Below are positions 28,850 to 40,247 of a DNA stretch of 64,000 nt, piece after piece (within the stretch, counting starts at the first letter, position 1; every line of letters begins with the position of its first letter). The notes beneath the pieces are model-generated. The model was not told where the DNA came from. It was given only the letters and a program-made list of their open reading frames with translations, and ran no database searches. The stretch comes from an uncultured Alphaproteobacteria bacterium (GTDB lineage: Bacteria; Pseudomonadota; Alphaproteobacteria; HIMB59; GCA-002718135). Where the stretch lies: positions 12,206 through 76,205 of the forward strand of contig CACHAQ010000004.1 in the NCBI GenBank assembly GCA_902577905.1, written 5' to 3'. A program made the translations under genes and the position numbers.

Positions 28850-29770
28850 TTTACTATCTTGTAAAAAATCTAAAACTTTTTTTACTGAAATTGAGTCCAT
28901 TGTATCGGTCAGAATCGTATAAGCATTTTTATATTCAGATAAGTTTGATTTTGAGATAACATTATCTTTAGCTAAAAAAAGAATAGGTGAATTACTTAGA
29001 GCTGCTATATGACCTGGGCCAGTATCATTACTAATTATAAAATCACTTTTTTTAGCGATGGAATAGATGATTTCAGGAGGTGATTTATCGCTTAAATCAA
29101 TAACCTTCTGACATGCATTATTGATCGTTTCTACTGTTTGTTTATCTGATTTTTGCCCAATAACACAAATATGATATCCTTTTTTTTCTAGAGTACTTGC
29201 AAGTATTGCAAATTTATCTGGTGACCATTGCTTGTCCTTGCCTGATTTAGAAACACCAGGTATCATTAAGATTATTTTATCTTCATTAATTGCCGTAATA
29301 TCTCTGGAAAGCCAATCTACATTTTGATAAATTTCATTTACTCCAAGTAACTTTAGTTGATTATATAAACCTTGTTGTGGAGATTCAGTTCCTTGTGGAG
29401 GAATTACATATTGAATATCACAATTAGAACGAGATCCGTTAACTTTTACTTCTGAAATAAATTTTAAGAATGACCAATAATTATTTGTTCTTTTAGAATT
29501 CTGTAAATCTATGATTAGATCGTATTTATTTTGATTAATTTTTAATATAACCTTAAGTGAATCAATTATTCCTTTTCTATTATCTTTAAAAATCGAATTA
29601 AAATAATTTGAATTGCTTAAAAAATTTGCGTATTTTTCTTCAGTTAGCAAGTCAATAGTGGCATTACTAAAAAATTGCTTAATTGATGCCATAGCAAGTA
29701 TAGAAAATGCAATATCACCAAGTGATCCATGCTTTACAACTAGTATTTTGTTAAATTGACTGCTGTTCAT
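28835..29770 (-). CDS. Glycosyltransferase family 9 (LPS heptosyltransferase-like)
   Basis: ILVVKHGSLGDIAFS N-terminus and a C-terminal SNDTGPGHIAA motif. Confidence 0.65.
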   Translation of the reverse strand: MNSSQFNKILVVKHGSLGDIAFSILAMASIKQFFSNATIDLLTEEKYANFLSNSNYFNSIFKDNRKGIIDSLKVILKINQNKYDLIIDLQNSKRTNNYWSFLKFISEVKVNGSRSNCDIQYVIPPQGTESPQQGLYNQLKLLGVNEIYQNVDWLSRDITAINEDKIILMIPGVSKSGKDKQWSPDKFAILASTLEKKGYHICVIGQKSDKQTVETINNACQKVIDLSDKSPPEIIYSIAKKSDFIISNDTGPGHIAALSNSPILFLAKDNVISKSNLSEYKNAYTILTDTMDSISVKKVLDFLQDSKLINK

Positions 29771-30878
29771 ATAAGTCTACGTAACTTTGTACCATTTGGT
29801 ATTTTGAAAATGTTTTTGATATATAGTCTTTGCTTTCTAATGAAATATTAGAAAATTTTTCTTTATCTATTTTTATAATATTTTGAAGTTTTATGTTTAT
29901 TTCATTATATTTATGAGGATCTACTTTATAAATATCATCTAATTTATTGAGCTGATCTTTAACACCACCATAGTTAAAGGCTAGTAGCCTTTTTTTCATT
30001 ATTAATGCTTCGCTTATAATTCTTCCAAATCCTTCAGCTTGTAAAGGAAATGAGGTAATAATTGATGATAGGTAATATAAAGTTTTCAAATCATCTCTTG
30101 GTAGATTGCCTATAATCTTACATTTATGACCAAGGTTAAAACTTTGAATTTTATTTTGTAGTTTCTCTGTATAAGATTGATTTTTTGTATCTCCTGCAAA
30201 ATAAAGTAAAAAATTATCATATTGCATCTTATTAAATATATCTAAAAACTCAATTTGACCTTTCCAGTTTGTTAGCCTTGCAGGATATAGAATAATATTT
30301 TTTGAGGTATCAATTTGATACTTATTTATTATATTTTCTATTTGAGAATCTAAAAGTGGTTTTTCAAAAAATTTAACATCAACTCCTCTATTAATCACTT
30401 TAATTTTATTTGAATCCAAATTGTATTTTTTACTAATTTCATTTTTTACATAATTTGAAATAGCAACAATCTGATCAACTTTGGATAATTGCTTATTATA
30501 GATTTTTTTAAAATAAGAATTACCACTATACACATTATGAAATGTAGATATTGTTTTGAAGTTTCTATTTTTTATAAAACTTAAAATCCATGCTGGTGCT
30601 CTTGATCTTACATGAACAACATTAATATTTTGATTAAAAATTAATTTTTTTAATTGATTAGCAATTAATGGATAAATAAAAAAATTTTTTGAGTTAACTG
30701 GTAATTGAAAATGATCAGTATAATTTTTATCAATTTCCTTAATTAAACGCCCTCCATTTGAAATAATATTATTTTTTAAATTTAATTCAGATAAATAATT
30801 TGCAACTTCAATAGTGCCTCTTTCGACACCACCAGAATCTAAAGAGGGAAGAATTTGAGCGACATTAAATGATGACAT
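29751..30878 (-). CDS. Glycosyltransferase family 4 (GT-B, group 1)
   Basis: PSLDSGGVERG N-terminus and a C-terminal E..G....EA signature (QAEGFGRIISEAL). Confidence 0.65.
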   Translation of the reverse strand: MSSFNVAQILPSLDSGGVERGTIEVANYLSELNLKNNIISNGGRLIKEIDKNYTDHFQLPVNSKNFFIYPLIANQLKKLIFNQNINVVHVRSRAPAWILSFIKNRNFKTISTFHNVYSGNSYFKKIYNKQLSKVDQIVAISNYVKNEISKKYNLDSNKIKVINRGVDVKFFEKPLLDSQIENIINKYQIDTSKNIILYPARLTNWKGQIEFLDIFNKMQYDNFLLYFAGDTKNQSYTEKLQNKIQSFNLGHKCKIIGNLPRDDLKTLYYLSSIITSFPLQAEGFGRIISEALIMKKRLLAFNYGGVKDQLNKLDDIYKVDPHKYNEINIKLQNIIKIDKEKFSNISLESKDYISKTFSKYQMVQSYVDLYEQQSI

Positions 30879-30908
30879 TTTATTAAAATATAAGTATTTG
30901 TATCAAAG

Positions 30909-31640
30909 ATGCCTTACTTTATTAATAAGAAAAAAGAAAGAATTCGCTATAAATCTATAAAGGGTAAGGGGCCTGGTATCATCTTTATCCATGGCCTTAA
31001 CTCAGATATGAGTGGTCAAAAAGCTTTGTCTTTAGAAAGATTTGCGCGAAAAAATAAATTGCGGTTTATCCGTTTTGAATGCCGTGGTCATGGTAAATCT
31101 GATGGAAAATTCGAAGATTTTACAATTTCAGATTGGAAGAAAGACTTAATTGATATCATTGATAATATTGCAAAAGGACCGCAAATTCTGGTTGGTAGCA
31201 GTATGGGTGGATGGTTAATGTTTTTAGCAGCCAAAGCAAGACCAAAAAGAATTGCTGGATTAATTGGCCTAGCGGCAGCACCTGATTATATCGATGGGTT
31301 TTACAAAAAACTCCCTTTAAAGAAAAAACAAGAAATGAAGAAAAAAGGAATTATTAAATATTCCTCCTACGGGTTTAGTTATCTTATAAAAAAGAAATAC
31401 ATTATTGAAGGTAGAAAAAATAAAATTTTAAATAAAGAATTCAAATGGAATAAGCCCTTAATTTTAATACAAGGACTAAAAGATAATGTTGTCACTCCTG
31501 ATGTTCCAGAAAAAATAGTAAAAAAAATTAAAGGAAAGCAAATCCAAATAAAATTATTAAAAAATAGTGATCATAGATTATCCGATCCATATGATTTAAA
31601 AATAATGAATGATTCTATTCAATCAATAATAAAAAACTAA
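30909..31640 (+). CDS. Alpha/beta-fold hydrolase
   Basis: IIFIHGL oxyanion region, GSSMGG nucleophile elbow and C-terminal D...H (NSDHRL). Confidence 0.65.
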   Translation: MPYFINKKKERIRYKSIKGKGPGIIFIHGLNSDMSGQKALSLERFARKNKLRFIRFECRGHGKSDGKFEDFTISDWKKDLIDIIDNIAKGPQILVGSSMGGWLMFLAAKARPKRIAGLIGLAAAPDYIDGFYKKLPLKKKQEMKKKGIIKYSSYGFSYLIKKKYIIEGRKNKILNKEFKWNKPLILIQGLKDNVVTPDVPEKIVKKIKGKQIQIKLLKNSDHRLSDPYDLKIMNDSIQSIIKN

Positions 31641-34600
31641 GCAGATTTTTCTTCTTGAATTAATACAGGTTGATCAAATTTATTGATCATTTCTTTTGGA
31701 ACAATCTGCCAGAAGAGTAATTTCTCATTTTCCCAATTTTCGAGTAAATTTTTTGCGTACATTGAATTTGTTTCCTTGATATGTTCTTCAATTTTTTGAT
31801 ATAAAACTTTTTCCCAATAAGTTGTCATTTGTTGTTGATAGAAAATATCCTCAAGATTAATTCGAAGTGGTAGAGTTCCTTCTTTATCGTACACAAATGC
31901 CATACCTCCAGTCATTCCAGCTCCAAAATTATTTCCTACTTCGCCAAGAATAACTGCACTTCCTCCAGTCATATATTCACATCCATTATCACCACATCCT
32001 TCAATAACAGCATGTGCGCCAGAGTTTCTGACAGCAAATCTATCACCAGCAGTTCCAGCTGCAAAAAGTTTACCACGAGTTGCTCCATATAAGACAGTAT
32101 TCCCAATGATAACATTTTTGTTTGTTTTTAGTTGTGAAGATGAGCTTGGTTGTATAACAATTTTACCCCCTGATAATCCTTTTGCAACATAATCGTTAGC
32201 GTCACCAAAGACTTTAAGAGTAGTTCCTTGCACACTCCATGCTCCAAAAGATTGCCCAGCAGAACCATGAAAATTAACTGTAAAGAAATCCTCTGGAAGA
32301 GAACTCATTCCTTTTGTAGTAGTAATTTCTGATGCAAGTCTTGTACCAATAGCTCTATCAGTATTTTTGATATTATAGTTTAGTTCAATTTTTTGATCTG
32401 TTTCAAAGAAAGACTTAGCGTCCCCTATGATTTTAATATCAAGGCTATCGCTAACTTTATTAATTGTATTTTTCTTTATGTCAAATTCTCCAACTGATGA
32501 ATCAATGGTTTGAATAATTGGATTTAAATCTAAATCATCAAGATCAGAACTTCCTCTACTGACTTGATATAAAAGATCAGATCTTCCAACTACTTCATCA
32601 AGAGAAGAAAAGCCTAGTGATCCTAAAATTTCTCTAACTTCATCAGCAATAAAACTAAAAAGATTAATTACTTTTTCTGGTGTTCCGGTAAATTTTTCTC
32701 TAAGTTTTTCATCTTGTGAGCAAACTCCAACGGGACAAGTATTTGAATGACATTGTCTAACCATGATACAGCCCATAGCAACTAAACTTGCTGTACCAAT
32801 TCCATATTCTTCTGCCCCAAGCATAGCCGCAATAACAATATCTTTTCCTGTTTTCAAACCCCCATCAGTTCTAAGAACAACTTTATCTCTTAAGTTATTT
32901 AGAGATAGAACTTGATGTACTTCACTTAATCCGAGTTCCCAAGGAAGTCCTGCATACTTAATGCTTGTTTGTGGGCTTGCTCCAGTTCCACCATTGTGAC
33001 CAGAAATGAGTATCGTATCAGCTTTTGCTTTTGCAACACCAGCTGCGACTGTTCCAATCCCTGACTGAGCAACTAACTTAACGCATACTTTAGCTCTTGG
33101 ATTAATTTGTTTCAAATCGTAAATAAGCTGAGCTAAATCTTCGATAGAATAAATATCATGATGAGGAGGAGGACTAATAAGCGTCACACCTTCGGTTGAA
33201 TGTCTTAGTTTAGCAATTAATTCTGTAACTTTTCCTCCTGGCAATTGTCCGCCCTCACCAGGTTTTGCACCTTGTGCAACTTTAATTTCAATTTCTTCAC
33301 AATTATTTAAATATTCCGCTGTTACACCAAATCGTCCACTTGCAATTTGTTTAATTTTTGATGATGCGTTATCTCCATTTGGCTTAGGTTTAAATCTAAT
33401 CGGATCTTCACCACCTTCACCTGAATCAGATTTAGCTCCTATCCTATTCATTGCTACAGAAAGAGTTTCGTGCGCTTCTGGACTTAAGGCTCCAAGTGAT
33501 ATTCCTGGTGCAACTAACCTTTTTCTAATTTCTTGAGAAGGTTCTACTGTGTTAGAGTTACTATTATTGTTATTTTTTTTGAAGTCTAAAAGATCACGAA
33601 TATTTATAGGATCCATTTCATCAATCATCGAAGAATATTTTTTAAATAAAGAATAATTATTAGAAGTTACTGCAGTTTGAAGCATGTGAATTGATCTTGC
33701 TTCAAAAGCATGTTTTTCACCACCAAATCTATAGCGATAGTTTCCTCCAATTGGCAGCGTAATAACACTTTCTTCATAAGCATTATCATGAGCTAATCTT
33801 GATCTTCTTTCAATACCGCTGATACCGATACCGGATATTTTAGAACTCATAGAAGGGAAATATTTGCTCATTAAATTTCTACTGAGTCCAATCGCTTCAA
33901 AATTACAACCACCTCGATATGAATTAATCACTGATATTCCCATCTTACTCATAGTCTTAAGCAAACCATTATTTATAGAATTAATAAATCTCTCTACACA
34001 TTCTTCATATGAGAGATTTTTAAATAATCCTTTTTTATGTCTTTCCGCTATAGCTTGTTGTGCCATATATGCATTCACACTTGTTGCTCCAACTCCGATA
34101 AGCACTGCAAAATATTGTACATCTAAACATTCTGCAGATTGAACATTTAAGGAAATAAAAGTTCGAAGATTTTGTTTAATTAAATGATGATGAACAGAAC
34201 TTGTAACTAATATCATAGGAAGAGCTATTCTTGTTTTAGACATTTCTTTGTCACTTAAAATTATATGAACATACCCCTCTCTAACAGCTTGTTCTGCTTC
34301 TCGGTTTATTCTTGCAATTTCTATCTCAAAATTATTTTCAGGATTTATTTTATCCATTGTTGTGTCAATGATCTTCACACTATCCTTCATATATCTTCGC
34401 ATAGATTTGAATTGCTCAATTGAAAGAACAGGGGAGTTCAATTGTAAATGATCGCATTGATCTTCATCTTCATCAAGAATATTACTTAAGTTTCCAATCC
34501 TAGTTCGAAGACTCATCACAACTCTTTCTCTTAATGAATCAATTGGTGGATTTGTAACTTGACTAAAATTTTGTCTAAAAAAGTGATGGAGTCCTCTGTA

Positions 34601-36154
34601 TTTATTTGAGAGCACAGCTAGTGGAGTATCATCTCCCATTGATCCCGTTGCTTCTTTTTTTTCAGCAATCATCGGATGAAGTATTAATTCTATGTCTTCT
34701 ACTGACCAGGCAAAGCATGCCATTCTTTTTCTTAGATCTCCAGAGTCTAAATCTCTAAATTCCTCATCAACAGATTGAACAAGTTTATCAATATACGTAA
34801 TTTTTTTAGTCCAATCACCAAATGGTTTAGTTTCTGCTAAATACTTTTTTATCTCATGATCTTTAAAAAATTTTTTCTCTTTAAAGTTGACTGCTATTAA
34901 TTGACCTGGCCCTACCCTACCTCTTTCTACTATTTCATTTTCTTTAATATCAACCATTCCAGTTTCAGAACCAGCAATGAGAAGATTTTTTGTTAGTGTA
35001 TATCTTATAGGTCTAAGGCCATTTCTATCCATTCCAGCAATGGCCCAATCACCGTACGCGCCACATATTGCTGCTGGACCATCCCATGGCTCCATAACTG
35101 CTCCACCATAAGCGTATAAATCTTTTATTTTTTTCGGAAAATCTCTTCTGTGGGACCAAGCTTCTGGAATTGTTATTATTTTAGCCATAGGTAAAGAACG
35201 ATTAGCTTTAACTAATAACTCTATTGTTGAATCTAATGCAGCAGAGTCAGACGCTTTAGCATCAATTATGGGTTTTAAATCATCTACATTATTACCAAAA
35301 TTTTTATGTTCCATTCTTGGTTCATGAGCAGCCATCCAATTTTTATTTCCTTTAAGTGTATTTATTTCACCATTATGCGCAATCACTCTAAAAGGCTGTG
35401 CTAAAGACCATGTAGGAAATGTATTAGTTGAATAACGCTGGTGATAAACTGCATATCTAGAAATAAAATTCTCATTTTGGATGTCTGGATAAAAATTAGA
35501 AAGCTGTTCTGCTAAAAACATACCTTTATAAACAATAGACTGACAAGATAATGAGCAAATATAAAAGTCTGAAATATTTTGATTTCTAATTTCTTTTTCT
35601 ATTCTTTTTCTAATTATATAAAGTTTATTATCAAATTGCTTTTCATCTTCTAGTTCTTCATTACAAATTAGAATTTGTTCTATTTCAGGCCTTGTTGCTT
35701 TTGCTTTATCACCAATAATCGATGAATTAATTGGAACGTGTCTCCAACCATATATTTTCAAACCTTCTTTGATTATTTCAGATTCAACAATAGTACGAGC
35801 GTTTTCTTGAGCGGCAAAATCTGTACGTGGTAAAAAAATCATGCCAACCCCGAAAGGTAGATCATTAGGAGTATGACCGGTCCTTTCTATTTGTTGAGTA
35901 AAAAAATTCTTTGGTATGGATAACTGTATTCCTGCGCCATCACCTGTTTTACCATCAGCATCAACTGCTCCCCGGTGATACAAAACTCTTAAAGCTTGAA
36001 CTCCTAACTCGACAATTTCTCTTGTCTCAGAGCCGTCCAAAGATGCTATTAGTCCAACACCACATGATGAATGTTCATCTTGTTCATTATAAACGTGATT
36101 TTCTTGTAGAAGTTTTTTATTCTTTTTATACTTTTCAATAAAGTGATTAGGCAT
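31637..36154 (-). CDS. gltB: Glutamate synthase (NADPH) large subunit
   Basis: 1505 aa with an Ntn amidotransferase Cys (HSSCGVG), central and FMN/3Fe-4S domains, and a C-terminal GXGXG beta-helix domain. Confidence 0.95.
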   Translation of the reverse strand: MPNHFIEKYKKNKKLLQENHVYNEQDEHSSCGVGLIASLDGSETREIVELGVQALRVLYHRGAVDADGKTGDGAGIQLSIPKNFFTQQIERTGHTPNDLPFGVGMIFLPRTDFAAQENARTIVESEIIKEGLKIYGWRHVPINSSIIGDKAKATRPEIEQILICNEELEDEKQFDNKLYIIRKRIEKEIRNQNISDFYICSLSCQSIVYKGMFLAEQLSNFYPDIQNENFISRYAVYHQRYSTNTFPTWSLAQPFRVIAHNGEINTLKGNKNWMAAHEPRMEHKNFGNNVDDLKPIIDAKASDSAALDSTIELLVKANRSLPMAKIITIPEAWSHRRDFPKKIKDLYAYGGAVMEPWDGPAAICGAYGDWAIAGMDRNGLRPIRYTLTKNLLIAGSETGMVDIKENEIVERGRVGPGQLIAVNFKEKKFFKDHEIKKYLAETKPFGDWTKKITYIDKLVQSVDEEFRDLDSGDLRKRMACFAWSVEDIELILHPMIAEKKEATGSMGDDTPLAVLSNKYRGLHHFFRQNFSQVTNPPIDSLRERVVMSLRTRIGNLSNILDEDEDQCDHLQLNSPVLSIEQFKSMRRYMKDSVKIIDTTMDKINPENNFEIEIARINREAEQAVREGYVHIILSDKEMSKTRIALPMILVTSSVHHHLIKQNLRTFISLNVQSAECLDVQYFAVLIGVGATSVNAYMAQQAIAERHKKGLFKNLSYEECVERFINSINNGLLKTMSKMGISVINSYRGGCNFEAIGLSRNLMSKYFPSMSSKISGIGISGIERRSRLAHDNAYEESVITLPIGGNYRYRFGGEKHAFEARSIHMLQTAVTSNNYSLFKKYSSMIDEMDPINIRDLLDFKKNNNNSNSNTVEPSQEIRKRLVAPGISLGALSPEAHETLSVAMNRIGAKSDSGEGGEDPIRFKPKPNGDNASSKIKQIASGRFGVTAEYLNNCEEIEIKVAQGAKPGEGGQLPGGKVTELIAKLRHSTEGVTLISPPPHHDIYSIEDLAQLIYDLKQINPRAKVCVKLVAQSGIGTVAAGVAKAKADTILISGHNGGTGASPQTSIKYAGLPWELGLSEVHQVLSLNNLRDKVVLRTDGGLKTGKDIVIAAMLGAEEYGIGTASLVAMGCIMVRQCHSNTCPVGVCSQDEKLREKFTGTPEKVINLFSFIADEVREILGSLGFSSLDEVVGRSDLLYQVSRGSSDLDDLDLNPIIQTIDSSVGEFDIKKNTINKVSDSLDIKIIGDAKSFFETDQKIELNYNIKNTDRAIGTRLASEITTTKGMSSLPEDFFTVNFHGSAGQSFGAWSVQGTTLKVFGDANDYVAKGLSGGKIVIQPSSSSQLKTNKNVIIGNTVLYGATRGKLFAAGTAGDRFAVRNSGAHAVIEGCGDNGCEYMTGGSAVILGEVGNNFGAGMTGGMAFVYDKEGTLPLRINLEDIFYQQQMTTYWEKVLYQKIEEHIKETNSMYAKNLLENWENEKLLFWQIVPKEMINKFDQPVLIQEEKSA

Positions 36155-37592
36155 TTACTGCTTTCTTATTAATATTATTTTTATCGGCATATTTGTTTTC
36201 TAAATATTCATTAATATTCTTTGCTGCATCACGACCATCTTTTATTCCCCAAACAACTAAACTTGCACCGCGAACAATATCTCCAGCAGCAAATACTCCA
36301 TCAATAGATGTCATCATATTTTTATAATTAATTTTTAATGTACCCCATCTTGTAACTGTCAGGTTGTTATGATCAAAAAGCTTTGGTAAATCTTCAGGTT
36401 CAAAACCCAAAGCTTCTATAGCTAAATCAACATTTAGGTCTTTTTCCGTACCTTCTTTTGGCTCTGGCTTCCTTCTACCTGACTCATCTGGTTCTCCAAG
36501 TTGCATTAAAACGGTTCTGACATTTTTTAAAGATCCGTTTCCCGAATATTCAGTTGGTAAAGTCAACCATTGAAAATCAACACCCTCTTCTATTGCATTT
36601 TGAACTTCTCTTTGCGAACCAGGCATGTTTGTCTTATCACGTCTGTAAAGACACTTAACAGATTTTGCTCCTTGTCTTACAGCTGTTCTAACGCAATCCA
36701 TAGCGGTATCACCGCCGCCAATGACAACTACATTTTTCCCATTTGCGTTTAATCTTCCATTTGTAAAATCTTTAACTTTATCTTTTAAACCAGTCTTGTT
36801 ACTTGCAATTAGAAAATCTAAAGCTGGTACAACATTATTAAAATTAGATGTATTTAGATTGATTTCTCTAAATTTGTAAACCCCGGTTGCTATAAGAACT
36901 GCATCATGCCTAATTTTAATATCTTCAAAAGTAATGTCTTTGCCAATATCGCAGTTTAATTCAAACTTAATTCCACTTTCTTTAAGTCGATTTGTTCTTC
37001 TTATAACAATATCTTTTTCTAGTTTAAAATTTGGGATACCATAAATTAAAAGACCACCTGGTCTGTCGTAGCGATCATAGATTGTAACTTGAAATCCTTT
37101 TTTACGAAGTTCTTCTGCTGCAGCTAATCCAGCGGGGCCAGAGCCGATAATTCCCACGCTTTGGTTTCTTTCTTCTACTGGTTCTATATTTTTAACCCAA
37201 CCTTCTTCCCAAGCTTTATCCGTAATATATTTCTCTATTGATCCTATAGTGACAGTACCGTGGCCAGATTGTTCAATTACACAGTTACCTTCACACAAAC
37301 GATCTTGGGGACAAATACGACCACATATTTCAGGCATATTATTTGTAGAGCTGGAAATTTCAAATGCCTCCTGCATTCTATCCTCAGCAGTCAGTTTTAA
37401 CCAATCTGGAATATTATTGTGTAAAGGACAATGAACTTGGCAGAAAGGCACGCCACATTGAGAACATCTGGAGGCTTGTTCTTCTGCCTTTTGTGAGGCA
37501 TATTTAGCGTAAATTTCATCAAATGATTTTACTCTTTCTTTAGCAGAAATTTTACTAGGATTTTCCTTATTTATTTTTGTAAATTTTAGCAT
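36147..37592 (-). CDS. gltD: Glutamate synthase (NADPH) small subunit
   Basis: Fe-S Cys clusters (CSQCGVPFC..CP, CGRICP) and two dinucleotide folds (GSGPAGLAAA, VIGGGDTAMD); 8-nt overlap with gltB. Confidence 0.93.
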   Translation of the reverse strand: MLKFTKINKENPSKISAKERVKSFDEIYAKYASQKAEEQASRCSQCGVPFCQVHCPLHNNIPDWLKLTAEDRMQEAFEISSSTNNMPEICGRICPQDRLCEGNCVIEQSGHGTVTIGSIEKYITDKAWEEGWVKNIEPVEERNQSVGIIGSGPAGLAAAEELRKKGFQVTIYDRYDRPGGLLIYGIPNFKLEKDIVIRRTNRLKESGIKFELNCDIGKDITFEDIKIRHDAVLIATGVYKFREINLNTSNFNNVVPALDFLIASNKTGLKDKVKDFTNGRLNANGKNVVVIGGGDTAMDCVRTAVRQGAKSVKCLYRRDKTNMPGSQREVQNAIEEGVDFQWLTLPTEYSGNGSLKNVRTVLMQLGEPDESGRRKPEPKEGTEKDLNVDLAIEALGFEPEDLPKLFDHNNLTVTRWGTLKINYKNMMTSIDGVFAAGDIVRGASLVVWGIKDGRDAAKNINEYLENKYADKNNINKKAVNA

Positions 37593-37710
37593 TTAGTTAT
37601 CATTTGTTTACTATTTTATCTAGATCGAACCAAATACACATTCAAGATAAGAAAGGAAACAAAAATTTTGTAAAAATAGTACCAATTATGTACTAAAACT
37701 AAAGAAACCC

Positions 37711-38616
37711 TTAATTTACAATAATATTTTTAAGTATTTGTAAAGTGTCCTGTGGATTAATATCAAGATTTTGGAATGATTTATCAACGTTTACGATAAG
37801 ATTGTCTTTTTCAAATAATGTTAGTTGTTCTGACGTAAGAGGAGAAAAAGGTGTTTTTTCAGCAATGTTTAAAATAGGTTTCATTACTGCTATAGGAACA
37901 GGAACAAAAACTCTAGTTTTGTTTAAAAAATTAGAAATATGATTAAAAAATTCTTTGTAAGAATAAATCCTGGGACCGGCAAGCTCATAAATATTTTTCT
38001 TTTCGGTCTGAGAATTAATTATTTCATCAACAGCTAGAGATACATCATCAATAAATACTGGTTGGAATTTTGTTGAACCATCTCCAAAAAGTGGCACAAA
38101 AAATGAAGCTTTAAATATTGGCAAAAGTCTTTTCAAAAAAATATCACCACCGCCTATAATAACCCCTGGTCTAATAATAATTGCATTATGTAGTTGTTTA
38201 AAGGCTTCCTTTTCAGATTTATGCACTGCAATGCTTCTTTTTGAATTTTTATCAATATCCACACCAAGACCAGAAAAAAGAATGAATTGTTTTAATTCCT
38301 TACAAGATTTTAAAATTCTAATAAGTTTCTGATTAAACTTATATATTGTATTATTAAAATCACCTTTCTTTTGATCGTATGTAGTTTTCAAATTAATGCA
38401 TACATCTGTATTATTTAAAACAGATTTAAGCCTTTTGTCTTCTAATGAAGAATAACGAAATGGAATTACCTGTCCTGTAACACCTAAAAGTCGGATTTTA
38501 GCTTCTTGTACAGATCTTTGATATGGAACAATGATTTTATGGCCATTTTTAGTAAGACGCCTTATTAAATGCTTACCTACAAAACCTGCGCCTCCAAAAA
38601 TTACTATTGATTTCAT
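37711..38616 (-). CDS. NAD(P)-binding SDR/epimerase-family protein, complex I NDUFA9 (39 kDa)-like
   Basis: N-terminal GGAGFVGKHL Rossmann motif; 301 aa. The overall layout matches NDUFA9-like proteins common in alphaproteobacteria. Confidence 0.55.
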   Translation of the reverse strand: MKSIVIFGGAGFVGKHLIRRLTKNGHKIIVPYQRSVQEAKIRLLGVTGQVIPFRYSSLEDKRLKSVLNNTDVCINLKTTYDQKKGDFNNTIYKFNQKLIRILKSCKELKQFILFSGLGVDIDKNSKRSIAVHKSEKEAFKQLHNAIIIRPGVIIGGGDIFLKRLLPIFKASFFVPLFGDGSTKFQPVFIDDVSLAVDEIINSQTEKKNIYELAGPRIYSYKEFFNHISNFLNKTRVFVPVPIAVMKPILNIAEKTPFSPLTSEQLTLFEKDNLIVNVDKSFQNLDINPQDTLQILKNIIVN

Positions 38617-38678
38617 GACCTTTAATTAAATAAGTGATATAGAGAAAAAATATAAATTATACAGGCAATAAAATCAAA

Positions 38679-39287
38679 ATGAAAATAAATTTCTATAAAG
38701 GAGATCTTCCATCAAGTTTTAAAGCTTCTAATATTATTGCATTGGATAGCGAAACAATGGGATTAAATCCTAAAAGAGATAAACTATGTTTAGTACAAAT
38801 TTCTAATGGGGATGAAGTATGTCATCTAGTAAAAATTGATTTATCTGCTGAAAAACCTTTAAATTTAATTAAAATTCTCAAGAATAATAAAATTCAAAAA
38901 ATTTTTCATTATGCTAGGTTTGATGTAGCAGTATTAAAATACAACTTTAAAATTAATATTAAAAATATTTACTGTACTAAAATTGCATCAAAGTTAGTTA
39001 GGACTTATACTGATAAACATGGATACAAAGATCTTTGTAGTGAATTACTAGGAAAATCAATTTCAAAAACCGAACAGTCTTCTGATTGGGGTGGAGAATT
39101 AACTAAAGAACAACAAAAATATGCTGCTACCGATGTTTTATATTTACATAAAATAAAAGACAAGCTTGATGAAATGTTATTAAGAGAAAGTAGAAGTAAA
39201 CTAGCTAAAGCCTGTTTTGATTTCATTCAATACAGAACAGAGTTAGATATTAATGGTTGGTCAGAGCAAGATATATTTAAACATTAA
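38679..39287 (+). CDS. DEDDy-type 3'-5' exonuclease (short RNase D-like)
   Basis: Exo motifs ALDSETMGL, HYARFDVAVL and YAATDVLYL. Confidence 0.7.
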   Translation: MKINFYKGDLPSSFKASNIIALDSETMGLNPKRDKLCLVQISNGDEVCHLVKIDLSAEKPLNLIKILKNNKIQKIFHYARFDVAVLKYNFKINIKNIYCTKIASKLVRTYTDKHGYKDLCSELLGKSISKTEQSSDWGGELTKEQQKYAATDVLYLHKIKDKLDEMLLRESRSKLAKACFDFIQYRTELDINGWSEQDIFKH

Positions 39288-40246
39288 TGAATAATAATAG
39301 TAAAATAATTAACAGTGCAAAAAGAACATTATCAAGAGAAATAAGTAGCATAAAAAATTTAAAATCTACATTTAATTTGAATTTTTGTAAGGCTGTAAAT
39401 TTGATTTATAATACAAAAGGGAAAATTGTGATTACTGGTGTTGGTAAAAGTGCGCATATCGGTAATAAAATATCTGCAACTCTTACCTCAACAGGAACAC
39501 CATCATATTTTGTTCATGCAACTGAAGCTAGTCATGGTGATTTAGGAAGTATAAAAAAAGATGATTGTGTAATAGCGATTTCTAATTCTGGTGAAACATC
39601 TGAACTTAATAATATTATTCAATTTACTAAAAGATTTAATATAAAACTTATCAGCATATGCAGCAACTCAAAAAGTATACTGCATAAAAATGCTAATGTA
39701 GGGATTCTGTATAAAAAACCTATTGAAGCTTGTCCTTTAAACCTAGCGCCTACAAGCTCTACTTCAATGTCCATGATTATTGGAGACTGTATTGCAATTT
39801 CTTTATTAGAATTAAGAGGCTTTAAAAGTACACAATTTAAAAGCCTTCATCCTGGAGGTAATCTTGGCAAAGATTTAAAAAACTTAAGTGATGTCATGCA
39901 TTTGGGGAAAAAATTACCTTTAGCAAATTTAGATGAAAAGATGTCTAAAGCATTGATTACTATGACCAAAAAAAGCTTTGGTTGTATTGGAGTAATTAAT
40001 AAAAAAAAACAAATAGTCGGAATAATTACAGATGGTGATTTGAGAAGAAAGTTAAATTCAAGTTTTTTTAATAAAAAAGCTTCAGAAATAATGACTAAAC
40101 AACCAACATTAGCAAAAAAAAATATGCTTGTTGGAGAAGCAATCAATTTGATGAACACCAAGAAAATAACCAGTTTATTTATTTGCAATAAAAAAATTCC
40201 TATGGGAATTGTTCACATACACGATTTATTAAGATTGACGAGTTAG
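39287..40246 (+). CDS. kdsD: Arabinose-5-phosphate isomerase (KdsD/KpsF; SIS plus tandem CBS)
   Basis: GVGKSAHIG and SNSGET SIS motifs with a CBS pair at the C-terminus; lies upstream of lptCAB. Confidence 0.8.
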   Translation: MNNNSKIINSAKRTLSREISSIKNLKSTFNLNFCKAVNLIYNTKGKIVITGVGKSAHIGNKISATLTSTGTPSYFVHATEASHGDLGSIKKDDCVIAISNSGETSELNNIIQFTKRFNIKLISICSNSKSILHKNANVGILYKKPIEACPLNLAPTSSTSMSMIIGDCIAISLLELRGFKSTQFKSLHPGGNLGKDLKNLSDVMHLGKKLPLANLDEKMSKALITMTKKSFGCIGVINKKKQIVGIITDGDLRRKLNSSFFNKKASEIMTKQPTLAKKNMLVGEAINLMNTKKITSLFICNKKIPMGIVHIHDLLRLTS

Positions 40247-40247
40247 T

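Noticed and set aside
33864-36141. Plus-strand ORFs 33864-34142 and 35911-36141.
   Set aside because: They are antisense shadow ORFs inside gltB.
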